Source: Schmidtea polychroa (lineage: Eukaryota). From it: a stretch of 64,000 nt of DNA. The stretch lies in NCBI GenBank assembly GCA_044892525.1, contig CM097885.1:27530001-27594000 (forward strand). The letters run 5' to 3'. The notes under the pieces are model-generated. The model was not told the DNA's origin. It was given only the letters and a program-made list of their open reading frames with translations, and did no database searches. Shown piece by piece: positions 1 through 14,940 of this stretch. Position 1 is the stretch's first letter. Every line of letters starts with the position of its first letter. The position numbers and the translations under genes were made by a program.

Positions 1-1044
1 AAAATACAAATGATTGATAGAATTGCTTTGATGTGGATGACTTTATTGCTCTCGAAAACAATTATCACAGGAGAAATGATTCACCTTATATTGTCCCCCC
101 AGTAAGATTTATATATTTTTTAAATGTTTAAAAAATTTATTTACTGTAAATATTAATATTAAAATTTTGATTTAATTTTTACGAAATTTACAGATTAAGA
201 TTACGCAATAAATATGTATTTTTGAATTCTATAAAATATTTTTCAATATATCTAATTATCTCGTTGAGAAAAAAAATGTAGAATTTCGATAAATTTACAA
301 TTTTAGATTACTGAATTTTAAATATAATATATATATTATATATACTACGCTTTTTGTATTGATTGATTTTACTTTGCACAACCTATATGGATTCGAGTAT
401 TTCATTAATAAAGAAATTAAATAGAAATAGCAAAATAAGCCAATTTTGAGATTCGAACTATAATGATTCAATGTGCGCCCCCCTCCCCAACATCCCCTTT
501 ACAACCACACCTTCTCAATGCACAACCAATCGCTTTTATTTAAACAATTATTTAAGATGCAATTAAATCACTATTAATAAATTATATTGTTAAATTCTTT
601 TATACCAGAAGCGAATCAATCTAAACTAAGAAATAATATACAAAAGTTGATAAAAGGGATACGACAATTGTTTTCCGATATTGAAATACAAATAATCTGA
701 ATTAGTGTGTAACTCCAATAAAAAATAACACAAAATGTACAAAATTAGCTGATTAAAAATGAAACTATGAGTAAAATACGAAACGTTTGATACGATATTT
801 CCCCTCACCCCCCCCCCCCGTCCCACCCTCCCCAATCTATCTTGTTTTAATAATATCTTATAGAAATGGAATCGGAAGTGTGGGATAGCATGTCTAATAA
901 CCGATTGAATGGTTGAATAAATTAGTTAACGCATAAAAATAGAAAGTCGTATTGATAAATGGAATAAATTTCAACAGTTAAAACGATTAAGTAAAAATAC
1001 CCATTTGTTAGTTAATAGAACCTAAATAGATAATACAATATTAA

Positions 1045-1284
1045 TCCTTTGATTGCCCTAGTGATTTGTAACGAATTAACTAAAAGTGCCAAGCTGCTAG
1101 AGGAAAATAGAAATCATGCGCATTAACTAGGCACGCGGAGCGGTGGCCCCACTCTCTATAACTAGTCACATTAATACACATTCATAATAAAAAAAGAATA
1201 AACTAGAATCGACAAGTATAAAATAGAGATCGTATTAGTTCATGCGGAGCAGGAGCACGATCGCGCTATTTGGCACTCAAAGGG
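1045..1284. mobile_element. Degenerate piggyBac-like MITE
   Basis: Left end is TTAA+TCCTTTGATTGCC. The right end reverse-complements to CCCTTTGAGTGCC (11/13 match). The right flank is TATA rather than TTAA. Confidence 0.35.
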
Positions 1285-1615
1285 TATATATCAATACATC
1301 ACAATTAAAATATAAAATTGTTTTATTATTGCTTATCTAATTCATTGGGATTATAACACGATTCTATGTGTCTGTCTGGGAAAGGTGGGAGGAGGGCAAT
1401 TACACTATTATATAATCGAGTTTCCAATTTCACTGACCTATGGGATAACATTTTGAGGTTTTGAATAAAATCAAAAACTCTTTACTGGTTTCAAACGTTT
1501 TTTCCAATTGAACCATTATTTAACAAATTTAATTAATTATTGCTACCAATGGAAGTTTGATGAGTTTCAGTGAAATATGGTTGAATAAAATAGTTTAAAT
1601 TATCAAAAATCGCAG

Positions 1616-3035
1616 AAAAGAGAATCGAATGACCGCCAGTTTCAAATATTTACTGTTTTAGAAACATTTTCAGCATCTTAAAGATATCTTATTCAATTAT
1701 AACTGTGAATATTTCTTCCATTCTTCATAAACTTTCTTCACGAGGCTCTTTGATTTTGATATCTAAGTAAGAGTATACGTCTACAACTTCAGCTTATTAA
1801 AATGATTCCATTTTAATATTTTTGGTGCCATTTCACTGTAAAGTAACTCAAGATTTATGCTAACGTTTTTTTATTTATAACATATTCATTTCTTATTTAA
1901 AATCCAAATTGTGAGAGCTTTGTTTATAGCTAATTCAACAACTGATTCTTCTACTTGTATTATAGGAGTAATTATTATATCATTAAAGGTTTGGTTGGCC
2001 CTGGTTAAATGTTGTGATTTCATATTATAAACTGAATTCTACTATATTTTGGATCCATTCCAATGGGAGGGAATATAATAAAATCTCGAGTTTAATATAC
2101 ATTACTTTTATTCATTACTAGCTGGAGTACTTGGCGTTACACGGGGCAATTTAAGTTGTTATTAAACCCCAAGTTGTATATCAGAGATATTTGCCTCCAA
2201 GGCCGGTTGTTGATCTTTGTGATTTTTTGGTCTAATTGTGTAGTCAGTAATCTGGGCCTGTATGAAAGAGAAAGCACTGAAAATCTTACCCAGCTTTGCC
2301 CTGAGCAGTCATTAAAATCCAAAGTTATACAAATTTCTAGTACAAAAACTAACATAAACATTTGAACCTCGATCATTAATGGTCGATAGCTAGGTCACTT
2401 CGCTCCCTCGATGCTCCCCTTGCCACGCATGATATCCTACCTCACTGAAATTAAAATTTTGTTATGCAAACCCACCTCGATAATCAAATTTTGCTTTAAA
2501 CACTGTGCCTATCTTTACATATAGACCTCGTTTTATCGGGGTGTAACTTCACTGGTTCGGGTAGGGGGCTGTCAAAAAAGCATGAACATTTTCTTATTCA
2601 AAGCCACCCTAAGTCACAGTTTTTGTTCCTCATAATTTTCTGAATAATGCTGTTTATAAATAAGGTACCACACGGGGTCAAAATCTTTCGGTAGAAAGTA
2701 GCATATAATCTCGATCCGGGTAAAAGAGGAAGCTGTGCAAAATTTGTTTGAGATATCTTCAGAAATTTGGATTTGTATAGCGAACATACGATCATACATT
2801 AGATAACTAGCTAAAACAGGTAAATGTATCATAGGTTTGATAGAAATATATGTTATATTTAACATCGGACAAGCGCACGTATTGCTGTCAATGTTGTTAC
2901 ATTAACGAGATTTTATAAAAATCCAACAAAAGATCATACTTCTTCCAACGTTTCTTATCATGATTATCAAATAAAATATGCTCGAAATCAACAAATATTT
3001 ATCTTGATTCTGGTTTGCGGAATTAATTACAATAT
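1616..3035 (-). repeat. Left arm of a large inverted duplication
   Basis: Reverse complement of 3616-4849. Mirror ORF pairs are 2137-2376/4089-4328, 2156-2365/4100-4309 and 2614-2865/3784-4089. This arm has an extra ~225-bp block (~2407-2632). Confidence 0.95.
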
Positions 3036-3139
3036 CAAATTTACCAGTTATTCACATCCCACCCGTATTTCTCAGAAAACTTTGATAAAAATCAATCAGT
3101 AAAATTACCTGTCTTCTTGTTCTTCCTTCAAATTTTAAA

Positions 3140-3177
3140 TCACATGAGAAAAGGCTGTGCCGAAAATTCGTGAGTAT
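3140..3177 (+). ncRNA. Degenerate minimal hammerhead-like motif in the spacer of the inverted duplication
   Basis: tcac-ATGAGAA-AA-GGC-TGT-GCC-GAAA-ATTC-gtga. Same family as 43964-44030, with a mutated core. Confidence 0.45.
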
Positions 3178-3232
3178 CAACTAACATCGATATACTACTG
3201 ATTTATAGTCTTCAAACTCTCGTTAATAAATT

Positions 3233-3356
<124 letters not shown>

Positions 3357-3615
3357 AATTTTTAACGTAAAACGTCTAGTAAAGGAAACAATTTTTTCAA
3401 AACGCCTGGAAAGAAAAACTTTGCAAAAAGTTAATCATGTAAATCATTTTCAAATAAAGTATAAGGCATGGTACTATAGTAATTTGAATTGTATATTCTG
3501 GAAAAATTGGGGAATTGTTGATGAATTGTGAAATAAATTGTTTAGATATTATTAAAGTTTATCGTATTTCATAAATAAATTATAAGGAATTTACGATAAA
3601 GATTCACTGTGATTA

Positions 3616-4849
3616 ATATTGTGATTAATTCCGCAAACCAGAATCGAGATAAATATTTTTGATTTCGAGCATATTTTATTTGATAATCATCATAAGAAAC
3701 GTTGAAGAAGTATGAGCTTTTGTTGGAAATTTATAAAATCTCGTTAATGTATCAACATTGACAGCAATACGTGCGCTTGTCCGATGTTAAGCATGACATA
3801 TATTTCTATAAAACCTATGATACATTTACATGTTTTAGCTAGTTATCTAATGTATGATCGTATGTTCGCTATACAAATCCAAATTTCTGAAGATATCTCA
3901 AACAAATTTTGCACAGCTTCCTCTTTTACCCGGATCGAGATTATAGGCTACTTTCTATCGAAAGATTTTGACCCCGTGTGGTCCTGTTTTACTGGTCCTG
4001 TTTTCGTGTTACTAAGCAAAGTACCAGTAAACAGCATTATTCAGAAAATTATCAAGAAGGAGCGAAGTGACCTAGCTATCGACCATTAATGATCGAGGTT
4101 CAATTGCTTATGTTAGTTTTTGTACTAGAACTTTGTATAACTTTGGATTTTAATGACTGCTCAGGGCAAAGCTGGGTAAGATTTTCAATGCTTTCTCTTT
4201 CATACAGGCCCAGATTACTGACTACACAATTAGACCAAAAAATCACAAAGATCAACAACCGGCCTTGGAGGCAAATATCTCTGATATACAACTTGGGGTT
4301 TAATAACAACTTATATTGCCCCGGGTAACACCAAGTACTCCAGCTAGTAATGAATAAAAGTAATGTATATTAAACTCGAGATTTTATTATATTCCCTCCC
4401 ATTGGAATGGATCCAAAATATAGTAGAATTCAGTTTATAATATGAAATCACAACATTTAACCAGGGCCAACCAAACCTTTAATGATATAATAATTACTCC
4501 TATAATACAAGTAGAAGAATCAGTTGTTGAATTAGCTATAAACAAAGCTCTCACAATTTGGATTTTAAATAAGAAATGAATATGTTATAAATAAAAAAAC
4601 GTTAGCATAAATCTTGAGTTACTTTACAGTGAAATGGCACCAAAAATATTAAAATGGAATCATTTTAATAAACTGAAGTTGTAGACGTATACTCTTACTT
4701 AGATATCAAAATCAAAGAGCCTCGTGAAGAAAGTTTATGGAGAATGGAAGAAATATTCACAGTTATAATTGAATAAGATATCTTTAAGATGCTGAAAATG
4801 TTTCTAAAATAGTAAATATTTGAAACTGGCGGTCATTCGATTCTCTTTT
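3616..4849 (+). repeat. Right arm of the large inverted duplication
   Basis: Matches the reverse complement of 1616-3035 with scattered substitutions and one indel/replacement near 3982-4057. Confidence 0.95.
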
Positions 4850-5541
4850 AAAATTACGCTTATAATCATAAAATTTTTGTTTTTTTTTGATAATTTGGAA
4901 ACTTTCTCTCTCTTTTTTTCTGTGTTTCTTCAGTTTATTCCATGTTTCCCAAAACTGGAAAGAAATATTTTTTTATATTTCAATTATGATATATCGCTTT
5001 AATATTATTTTTATTAGCAAATAAATGGATAGTAACTTAATCGTTATATTTGTTCAAATTTATTCCATTTTTCTGCGTTATCAAAAAAAGAAGATTTGAT
5101 AAAAATATTAAATTTGAACTATTTTAACGCTAGCTAGACTAAAATAGGGTTATATATTAATTGGAAAATTGTCATGTAATATAAATTCAAAGCACGCGCT
5201 TTACAATATTTTTATTTAAAAATTGTACAATATATTGGTAATGAGGCTGCTATTGGATCATCATTTTGCAACAACTCTCAATTAATTACTATTCCGATTT
5301 TCAATATTATTTTTTGGAACCATATTTGAAAATGCAAAAAAATCGGATACAATACATTTATAGATTTTTATGTCATTAAATATATCACTAGTGATTCACT
5401 TCAACGTGACATTATACTGAGTTACTGCGAATATTTACATCTAAAATATCATTTCGTAAGATATTATATAAATTAATATTTTGGATAATACTTTGAAAGA
5501 TGAAAAATTATAATTGTGTATTTTGAACCTACTGATTCCAG

Positions 5542-6320
5542 TGTTAAGGATTCGTGACCAAAATGTGATGGAAATTTGTGAAACACCTTATAGGACAATG
5601 GCAGTTAATGTCGTACTTATAAATTTACTTCATTGATCTTCTTGAAAAAATCTCCAAAAAATATGGGATTTTCATCCTTTAGAGAAAGCACTCTCCATTT
5701 TTAAACTATCTTGGTTGTTTCTGAAATAGTACCTCGAATGCTTTGTGGTTGTTAGAAGACTTTGGAATCATAAGATTTATTAATAACAAGAAACTGATTA
5801 TCCCTCCGGAGGAAGTAATTATATTGTAAGTATCTTGAACAAGATATACACATGCATCAATAATACAATATTACATCTTTGACATTCAGACATACATTAC
5901 ATAATCATCAGACATACAAATTCAAACGGCAATAATATTATTTCTAACAGGTATTATTTACAGTTATCCTACATCCCCTCTCATTTTAAAACGTTTGATC
6001 CATTTCACATTTATAATTTTCCATTTACCTGGATCCTGAAATCTATCTTCATTTTTATTTGCCACATGTTTTTTTTACCAATACAACATCCCCGACATTG
6101 AAAATTCTATTTGGTCTTACTTCATTGAAATATAATTCATCTTCATTATTTCTCTGTATTCGTTTTTGTAACTCTAATCAAAATGTATGATATAAATGTA
6201 GGAACGCGACGCATTATATGCTGTAGTTTACGAGATACTAACATTGCTTGTCTTTAAATTAAGTTTTTTCGTACTATTTGTAAATAATTCCTTAGCAGAC
6301 AGAAAGGAATAAGTAAGTTA
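5542..6320 (-). mobile_element. Truncated Ty3/Gypsy element: integrase tail, PPT and 3' LTR (5542-5973)
   Basis: LTR ends are TGTTAAGGAT...ATCCTACA. The purine tract (rc of 5974-5984, ATGAGAGGGGA) abuts the LTR. The minus strand reads FNVGDVVLVKK...DRFQDPG...KIINVKWIKRFK, resembling the integrase GPY/F tail. Confidence 0.7.
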
Positions 6321-6989
6321 TACTGAAAAGCAAGTGAATAAGGATTGCTTTTGAAACATTACTTTGAAAACTCAGCACTGTTTATGCCTGCGGTGTCGAA
6401 ATTTTCTGTGCTCGTGCCGAAAATTTCTAACGTATATTTTTCGAATTGCTGACGTGCCTGCATTTGACAACAAGGGTTTAGAAATTATTAAATTATTGAA
6501 ATTTTATTTTTATAATTGCAACATTTACTCATTTTCAATTAGATTTTCGCTGTTGTACAGTGAATGTCAAAGTTTTATATTAGGTTCAGATATTTTTATT
6601 TTGAGTAAGACACATTGAATATGATTTATCAGTCATTCTAATTATTAAATTGCTTTTTAATTCATCCCTGAAAGTAGGTGATTTAATTGCCTCCTTACAC
6701 TTTTTTCGGTGATATTTGTTTAATTAATAATTTAATATTATTTAAAAATTAACAAAGTAGTTAATAAAATCCTAACCTTAAAAACATAGTTTTAAAAACT
6801 CTTACATACTCTCAAAATTAAAATTTCAATATGCGTGCTCAATGCTATGAAAAATTTTAATATTACCCAAAATAATCTAGTTAAGAAATTACTTTGAAAG
6901 GAACATTTTATTAATATTTTGAAAGAAATTTCGAAAATATTAATAAAATTGAAAATTTTATTATAGTACCTTATAGTACCTTCGATCGA

Positions 6990-7145
6990 TCTGAAATTTT
7001 GAAAGAATGTATTGTTCTCGACGACGAATCTATCTACCAAATTTCAGCTCAATCCGATAGCGGGAAGTGGGTTAATTTGCCGTTGCAAGATTTGCGTGGC
7101 TCATAAAAACATTCAAACATACAAAGTGAAGTTAATATAGAGTTT
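6990..7145 (+). mobile_element. Possible DINE/HINE-like (Helentron-associated) non-autonomous fragment
   Basis: ccaaatttcagctcaatccgatagcgggaagtggg...acatacaaagtgaagttaata resembles the core motifs of such elements. Recognised by resemblance only. Confidence 0.35.
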
Positions 7146-7323
7146 TAAAGTTAAATGCTACTATGATAGTTTTACATTAGGCAATAATTGAATAATTCAT
7201 TTTTAACTACTGTAAAACCTCTAGTTATTCTTCGCAACCTTCTGGAAAAAAACTAAAATATCAAATTAATACCTATTTATATAAATTTAACACTAAACCT
7301 ACCGACATTTCATGAATACTTAA

Positions 7324-8125
7324 TCCTATCATGAGCGGTCAAACGACCGCTTCAAAAAAATATGTATCGTTAACATAGAAAAAGATTTCAGCCAATTAGA
7401 TAGTAAACAAAATAATTTTTTTCTAATTAGAAAAGTTTAATTTACATTTATGTATTTTCAGCACATTTTTTACAAATTATAGTAATATACGTATTTTTTT
7501 ACATTTTACATTAATTTTGTTAGTCTTACTTTACACTATCTTATTTGACAAGATTTCCTTCCAGATGAATCTATAGGTGTATTTGTTGTTGTTTCTAATG
7601 AACATTCGATATTGCCTCGATATATCTTCACCTTTCTTTTCTTTGTATGAAATCCAAGCTTTTTTCCCGCCTAAATCTAAGATATTGAAAAATACCTATA
7701 AAGGCCATCTTTGACACTTAGATTTTACTTTATATTTCTCTGGCCATTTGATCGGTTACATCTACACAGAATATTGTGCTATTGTAAAATCTAATTGTCT
7801 CTGATATACGGGTGTCACCTTTTTCAATTTCAACGGATGAATGAATTGAACTAAGTATCAATACTTTTTATTGGGTTTAGCTTTGTAAATTGTAAGAATA
7901 AAATAATTCAATTTCTATAATATTGTTGAGAGTGTGTCATATCATCTTTTGTCTGGTAGCTCTCTTTTATTTCTGCGAATAGTTCCAACAAGCGTAATTT
8001 TTTTTGCTTGAAGTTTACTTATAAAAAAATTGTTAGTTGATATATTTCTCTCATGGCCCATATATGGTTCTGCTAATTTCAAAGTTACAAACTCCTCAAG
8101 TGGAACCGATGATTCTCTCTATATA
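7324..8125 (-). mobile_element. piggyBac (PGBD4-like) transposase remnant with 3' terminus
   Basis: Minus strand: TLVGTIRRNKRELP, IYKAKPNK, SETIRFYNSTIFCVDVTDQMAR, KCQRWPL*VFFNILDL, with stops and frameshifts. TTAA plus palindromic GCGGTCAAACGACCGC at 7320-7350. Confidence 0.85.
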
Positions 8126-9031
8126 CTATATTATATTCAGTATTAAATCAAACCACAAATAAAGTTTTTAAAATTTATTTTACATCATCTTTTTATATGA
8201 AATTAATCAATTCTATTGACTATTAACATTATTTAAATTCTTATTTTTATTCATATTATAATAATTTTTAAATATTCCAAAAGATTTTCCCAAAATTTAT
8301 TAAAAATGATTGCGAACTAAAACTTGGAGAATACAACAATCATATAAATACTATTTAATATATAATATTATAAATTTAATATACATATTTAAAATAACGA
8401 TAAATATATCTGATTTATTTAAGGTTGAACAAAAGGTGTTCTGGGTTTTATTTTTTTGGAAAAACCTCTAGTAATTCCACATTTCTATGTTATTTTTTCA
8501 GAAAAATTAATTATTTCTCAAAAGAATTATTAGAAGATTTATATTATTTTAATTGTCTTTCTATTTGGTTTTCCTTAGCTTAGGATGTTCAAAAATATCT
8601 TGACAATTTAAAATAAAGTATGGTCAGTAAATGAATTTAATTTTTTGGTTAAATTCTTTCGTTTTCGACCATAATGCTGTAGTTACAAAAAAAATCAATA
8701 ATTCATCTATTTAAAATCATATTACTTACAAAATTTAGATGTACCATTGAAATTTTCTTACGTGCCACCTCAGAAATGTGTGACATAAGTGTTCCACCAT
8801 TATTATAACTTCAGAAATAAGTTTTTCTATTTGAAATTCAAATATTTTCTCAAATTATGATATTTTCCTAAGACTGTTTTGAGAGGATGCTCTGATCTAC
8901 ATCTTATGATTACAAAGGAGTGTTTAATCATTATTTTTTACTAATACAGCTCTAAATATTACAAATGGAATTTAATTATTGTTAGAAGGTTGTTCATAAT
9001 TACATTCTTAAGAAATGTTCATTTTTTCCAG

Positions 9032-9426
9032 CCATGTCAATATGACAAATACAATATTTTACCATACGGCAGTGATTATATGATAGACAGTAAACCAGAT
9101 TTAGCTATACAATACAGAGACAATACCAGCAAAAGTCTTCTTCAGTCTTATGAAGTTCTTAATAATAAAAATGACATTTCCCTTTCATGTCCTGTAACCG
9201 GAGAACGGTCAGAGGTTAGTATAAATCATGCAATGAGTAGTTGTAATTTCCCACCAACTCCATCGTCCTCAATACAGGGTCAATATCAAAATGATAACCT
9301 CAAAAATCAAAAAGACCGCAACAAAAAAGAAAGCCATAACAGAATCGAAAGAAAACGGCGTGATTATATTAATCAACAAATAACCGAATTGGGCAAATTG
9401 ATTCCCTCAGAAATGAATTCCGACAA
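9032..9426 (+). CDS. mitf-like: MiT/TFE (MITF-like) bHLH-ZIP transcription factor, exon with basic region and helix 1
   Basis: KDRNKKESHNRIERKRRDYINQQITELGKLIP matches the MiT/TFE basic-HLH. Acceptor ttttccag at 9031. Donor AA|gtgagt at 9426 (phase 2). The start codon is uncertain (first in-frame ATG at 9080). Confidence 0.88.
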
Positions 9427-9456
9427 GTGAGTTTATTTTGTATTAAAATAATTAAT

Positions 9457-9733
<277 letters not shown>

Positions 9734-10329
9734 TAAAAGAATAGATTTTTTTCACAATTTTTTTATGATGACATTATGCAATTTTTCGATAAAAAATAAA
9801 ATGAAAAAAAATTTGAAAAAAAATCTAATATAACAAAAATCTAATATAAAAAAAGCAAATATTTTATAAAAAATTCAAAATAATCAATGAAAGCATCTTT
9901 TTATTTTTTTGCAATTTGTTTTACTGCTTAATTTTATCTATTGATGAAGTATATAATGTTCTAAACCAATCACGAATATTTAATGATTGAGCGCATGATA
10001 AAATGTATGTTACTACCGAAGCGATTATTGCTATGAACATGATTGGCTATTTGCATTTGTCTTGGCGATTTATAACTAGTAATGTAGTTATTATGACATA
10101 CAACAATGTTAATTCGATATTATAAAAAGGTTCACGGGTTAATATTGTCCCAGAAGCCCAAAAATATCTGTAATGAGCCACAGGAAAATTTGGAAGGATG
10201 GGGCTCATAGACACTATTTAGGGATTCATGAAAGTTTCAAAATAAATTCACCTAATTACATACCGTGCTTTTACAGTACATTTTTTAGAAGAGAACTATT
10301 TTGTTTCAATTTGATTATAATGTCTGTTA

Positions 10330-11520
10330 ATTTTCCAGGAAACGTATAACTTCGTCTATGTTGGGGACACTGAATTATGTTAGCCACTATATGAAACATT
10401 AACTAATAAAGATTGAGAATCTCCTGTTTAAATAATCATTATTTCGATATTGCTTAACTTGTATGCTTACAGAATTCTTTCTATTAAATGAAATTATATT
10501 TTCACTTTTCCACACAACCTATTTCTTCATTTTGATTATTTAAAATAGGCTGAACTTTGAGTAAAAAAGGATTTTACCTAATGTACCTGTGAAATCGATT
10601 CACCTCTTCTAAGGACCGTTATTCTTTGTAGAACTGTTGAAATATTTCACTTTTATCCAATTTGACAGCCGTCATTGCTATTTCACCACAATTATGCGAA
10701 ATCAATATTCACATACAAATGCATAAAAATTAAATAGGAATTTAGTAGAACTTCCCAAAAGAATGATCCATCACCAGATTAACAAATAATTTCCCACTAA
10801 ACCTTTTTGGCCATTGATTAGAAGGGAGCTTAAGTTCGACTTAATCATACCGGGTTTTATATTAATCTTTTTCAAATGACGCATTGGGTCTTATTTTCAG
10901 GGGGGTGTCTTATTTTTTAATTTACAAAAGCCGACATTTATTCAAATACAGTCATAAAATTTTCATCTAGAAAATCACCATAACCTTTTAAACTCCGAAT
11001 TCCGGTTTGAACTTTGTACGACTCCATATTCAACTTATGATACAATCTATTTTCTGATTAGGCCTTATTTTCGGGAAAATACAGTAGTACCGAAAGTCGT
11101 CGGTGGAAGATTTATTTACCAGTGAAAGTATTAATATCCCAGAAATGTATAACTTTATGTATGTAAGGGACACTGGACTAATCATTGAGAATCTCTAGAT
11201 TAAATAATCATTATTTCGATATTGCCGAACTTATATTTTCATTTTGTCTCAACTTAATCACATCTTTTCTTCACCATGAATGTTTAAAATTGGCTAAACT
11301 TTGAAAAAAAGTATTTATACATATATATTTACAAGTATGCCCTCGTATTTATGTGCACAATCTGTGGAATTGATTCATCCCTTCTAAGGACGATGGTTAT
11401 TTATAGAATTACCAAAAGGCTTCACTTCAATCCCATTGACAGACGGTATTGAAATTCCAGCAATATTATGGGAAATCGATAGTCACTCCAAGAAATAGAA
11501 AAGCTAAATAGAATTTCATA
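10330..11520 (+). repeat. Diverged direct duplication (~10330-10750 vs ~11130-11520) separated by a pogo-like MITE remnant (~10849-11085)
   Basis: Shared blocks include gggacactg, ttgagaatctc, taaataatcattatttcgatattgc and gattca..c.ttctaaggac. The intervening segment ends in cttattttcgggaaaatacagta. Confidence 0.65.
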
Positions 11521-12779
11521 AGCATTTTTTATGGTTTTATTTCACTATTTATATTGTGTAACAATTTTATTCAATAATTTGTATTACATCATCAACAATA
11601 TTGTAATTGCAGATCGTAAATTTTCTGTATTTGTGATTCTTAGTTATTGTATTGTACATAATATAAGTATCGGTCGGCAGCTGCAACTGTAGCACAGTAT
11701 CATTGTCTACTATCTCTATTATTCTACATTATGTAATTGACGTCATTAATGTCGTTTACTGCCATCTGAATATTGAATCCACTAATGATTTCAGTAAATC
11801 ACTATCATAGAACAACTAATTGAAATTGTTATTGTTAAAAATTGTTGTCGTAATAACCAAAGATCAAAATTTGAGGATGCTTTAATGTGTATATTAATGT
11901 TTGTTGCTAAATATTAATTATATCAATAGAAACTGCACATATGACAATTGATGAGTCCAATAAATTTCATGACGTTTTGGCATTACATGCTTTATCAATA
12001 CATTGCACATTTGTATTATCTAAATTATAATATATCGACGTTTATTTAACAAGTGTCAACTTTATTTTCATAAACAATAAACATGTTCTTGGTTAAGGTG
12101 GTACAAAATAACTATCTCAGATCAAATTTGTAGGTTTCACATTTAAATTCCCCATAAAAATAATAATTATTTTATTAAAAACTGAGAATTTGTATATGTT
12201 CTAACAGTTCTGATCATTCTATAAAATAAATTTTTAATCTTTTTCTAAATCTCGATGTTTATTTTATATTGATTTTTATATAGTGAATGTTACGATTATT
12301 TAAAATGCTCAACATAATATAATAACTTAACACAATTTTTAAAATATTTATTTTTAAAATAAATAATCGAATATGACTTGTAAAATTCAAAATATATTGT
12401 CGCATTTTGAGAGATGTCTACATACTACAATCATATACATGCTATTTAATATATAATGTTATAATTTTAGTATACATATTTATTTTAATGATTAATTTAT
12501 TGTTAAATTCATTTCAGAGCGAACGAAAAATAAATTTTTCGATTATTTATTTTATTTTTCGACAGTTTTACATTTAATAATTTTTTCATTAATTTTTAAA
12601 ATCTGTAGCACTAGTGCATTATAAATTTAGATGTAACATTCATACAAGCATTTACATGCATTTTCAATATTTTATATATTAGTCCCATCTTCATTTACAA
12701 TAACAATACAAGGCAAATTTAATCCGTAAGTCTGATATAAGTTGTTATGTATTAGACTGGATCATGTGTTCCTAATTAA

Positions 12780-12978
<199 letters not shown>

Positions 12979-14559
12979 TTGTATTTATTAAAAAATTGAC
13001 TATAAATCAGTAAAGATATCGATTTTTTAATATTCGATAATCAATGTCATTTGAAAAGAAATCAGAGGTGAAAATTGAATGAAGTTCTTATAAAGATAAT
13101 AATAATATTATTAATATTATAATTCATTTAATTTAACATATGATAATTGATATAAATGTGAGATTTTGCACTTGTTCCGACTAACCAGATCCTACATAGA
13201 TTTTTCTGAAAAATATAATGAGAAAATTTGAGATATTTCACGAAATGTTAAATATTTATTTGACATCTATACTTGTTGGACTCTTAATAATTGGATGTCG
13301 AATAAATTATTTATTTATTTAATTATTTTCAACTTTGACTTGTTTTATTTACAATTTTCTTTCTCTTCATTTATTTTTCGAATATAGATCAATAATGCCA
13401 AAAATCGTTAAATTAAATAATTTAACAATTTAAAATTTTATTGGGGATTTGTTTATTAAGTAAAAATCGAGTGAAATTAATATTTGAATTGCTTGTTTTC
13501 AGTAACTATTTTTAACCTATTGTCTTTCTTATTGGTGCTATGAACTCTATTACAAACTGACAAAAATAATCATTACTTCAATTCATGTGAACGAAAAAGA
13601 AACAATCCCATTATATTATATTAAATGTGTTTTAAATCAATTAATACTGATTATACTAAGATGTATGAATCAATCAACTTGGTATCTATTTGCCATTTAT
13701 ATATTTACTATTATATGTATACTCGACAGTGTCGACACATGTCAGAGATTAGATTTTTGAGAAAGATTGATTTTTAATTAATTTTAAAATTGTGTATTAT
13801 TTTTAATTTATGATTTTTGTTTAACTCTAGTGATCTGAAAATTTTAATTTAGTCTTCTGTAAGATTATATTTCTTCTCATTCGCGTTTTATACTTATGAT
13901 TCGATTTCTTGCATGACCAAAGACTTATCAAACCACCTAGTAGATCATTACTAATAATATCAGTGACATAATTAATTTTTTTGTTCTCCTTTGATCTGAA
14001 TTTTCCCTTTCTCATTTCATTTATCTTCATTTCGACTATATAAAATTGTTAGGTATCAATAATAAACAAACTTATTAATAAAAGTATATAATTGAATAAT
14101 AACATTATAATAATAATGTTATTATTAATTATTTTTTATTTTATTTTACTATATAGTATTTTTCATAATTTTTGTATATTAATTATTTTTTATTATATTT
14201 TATTATCATTTTATTTACTTAATTTTAAATATGAAATATTATTTATTTTTATAATAATACTTATTATTTTTTACTACATTTTATAGTAATTACTTTTTAT
14301 TATTTTATTGATATTTCTTATTTTTATTATTAATTATTGTTTATTATTTTTTACTACATTTTATAGTAATTATTTTTTATTAGTTTATTGATATTTTTAA
14401 TTTTTATTATATTTTTTTGATTATATTAATTTTTTTTATTCTTTTTTATTTGAATTATTTTATATTATTTTTTATTAAATTTGTTAGATCACAATTATAA
14501 AAAATAGCTAAATTTTTGGATGGATTGTTAAAACCGTGTTAATACAATCAGAGTTTGAA

Positions 14560-14940
14560 GGTAAATATAATTTTGAGTGCAGATGAGATTATGGGTTGGT
14601 TTGATTTTTATAGTCTGTTTATTAATAAACCATTGGTTGGAACATTTGATTTATGGTGTTTGAATGGAAGGGCTTTTTGTGAACTTCCTGAATTTGCTAT
14701 TTTTGAAGTGAATTTTCTTTTTAATAATGAATGGTATTAACAAATAGATGAAGTTTTTATGGGTTCCCCCTTTGTACCAACGATAACATCAATATATTTT
14801 TCGTACAATTCAAAATCAGGAGCATGTTGAACCGTTTATGCATTGCAGGAATAGTCTACATAAAAATTGTATTCACATATGAAACAGAGAGGAAATCATC
14901 ACTTAATATCATGGATTTGTTAATAGAGCACAAAGCGAAA
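14560..14940 (+). pseudogene. Penelope-like element reverse transcriptase remnant
   Basis: MGWFDFYSLFINKPL (cf. SFDVxSLFTNVP), FLFNNEWY*QIDEVFMGSP (cf. FxFNxxxYxQxDGVAMGSP) and ETERKSSLNIMDLLI. Stops and deletions are present. Confidence 0.75.

Noticed and set aside
14092..14286. Hydrophobic I/F/L/Y-rich ORF (membrane protein or NUMT)
   Set aside because: Low-complexity AT sequence with no recognisable mitochondrial motif.
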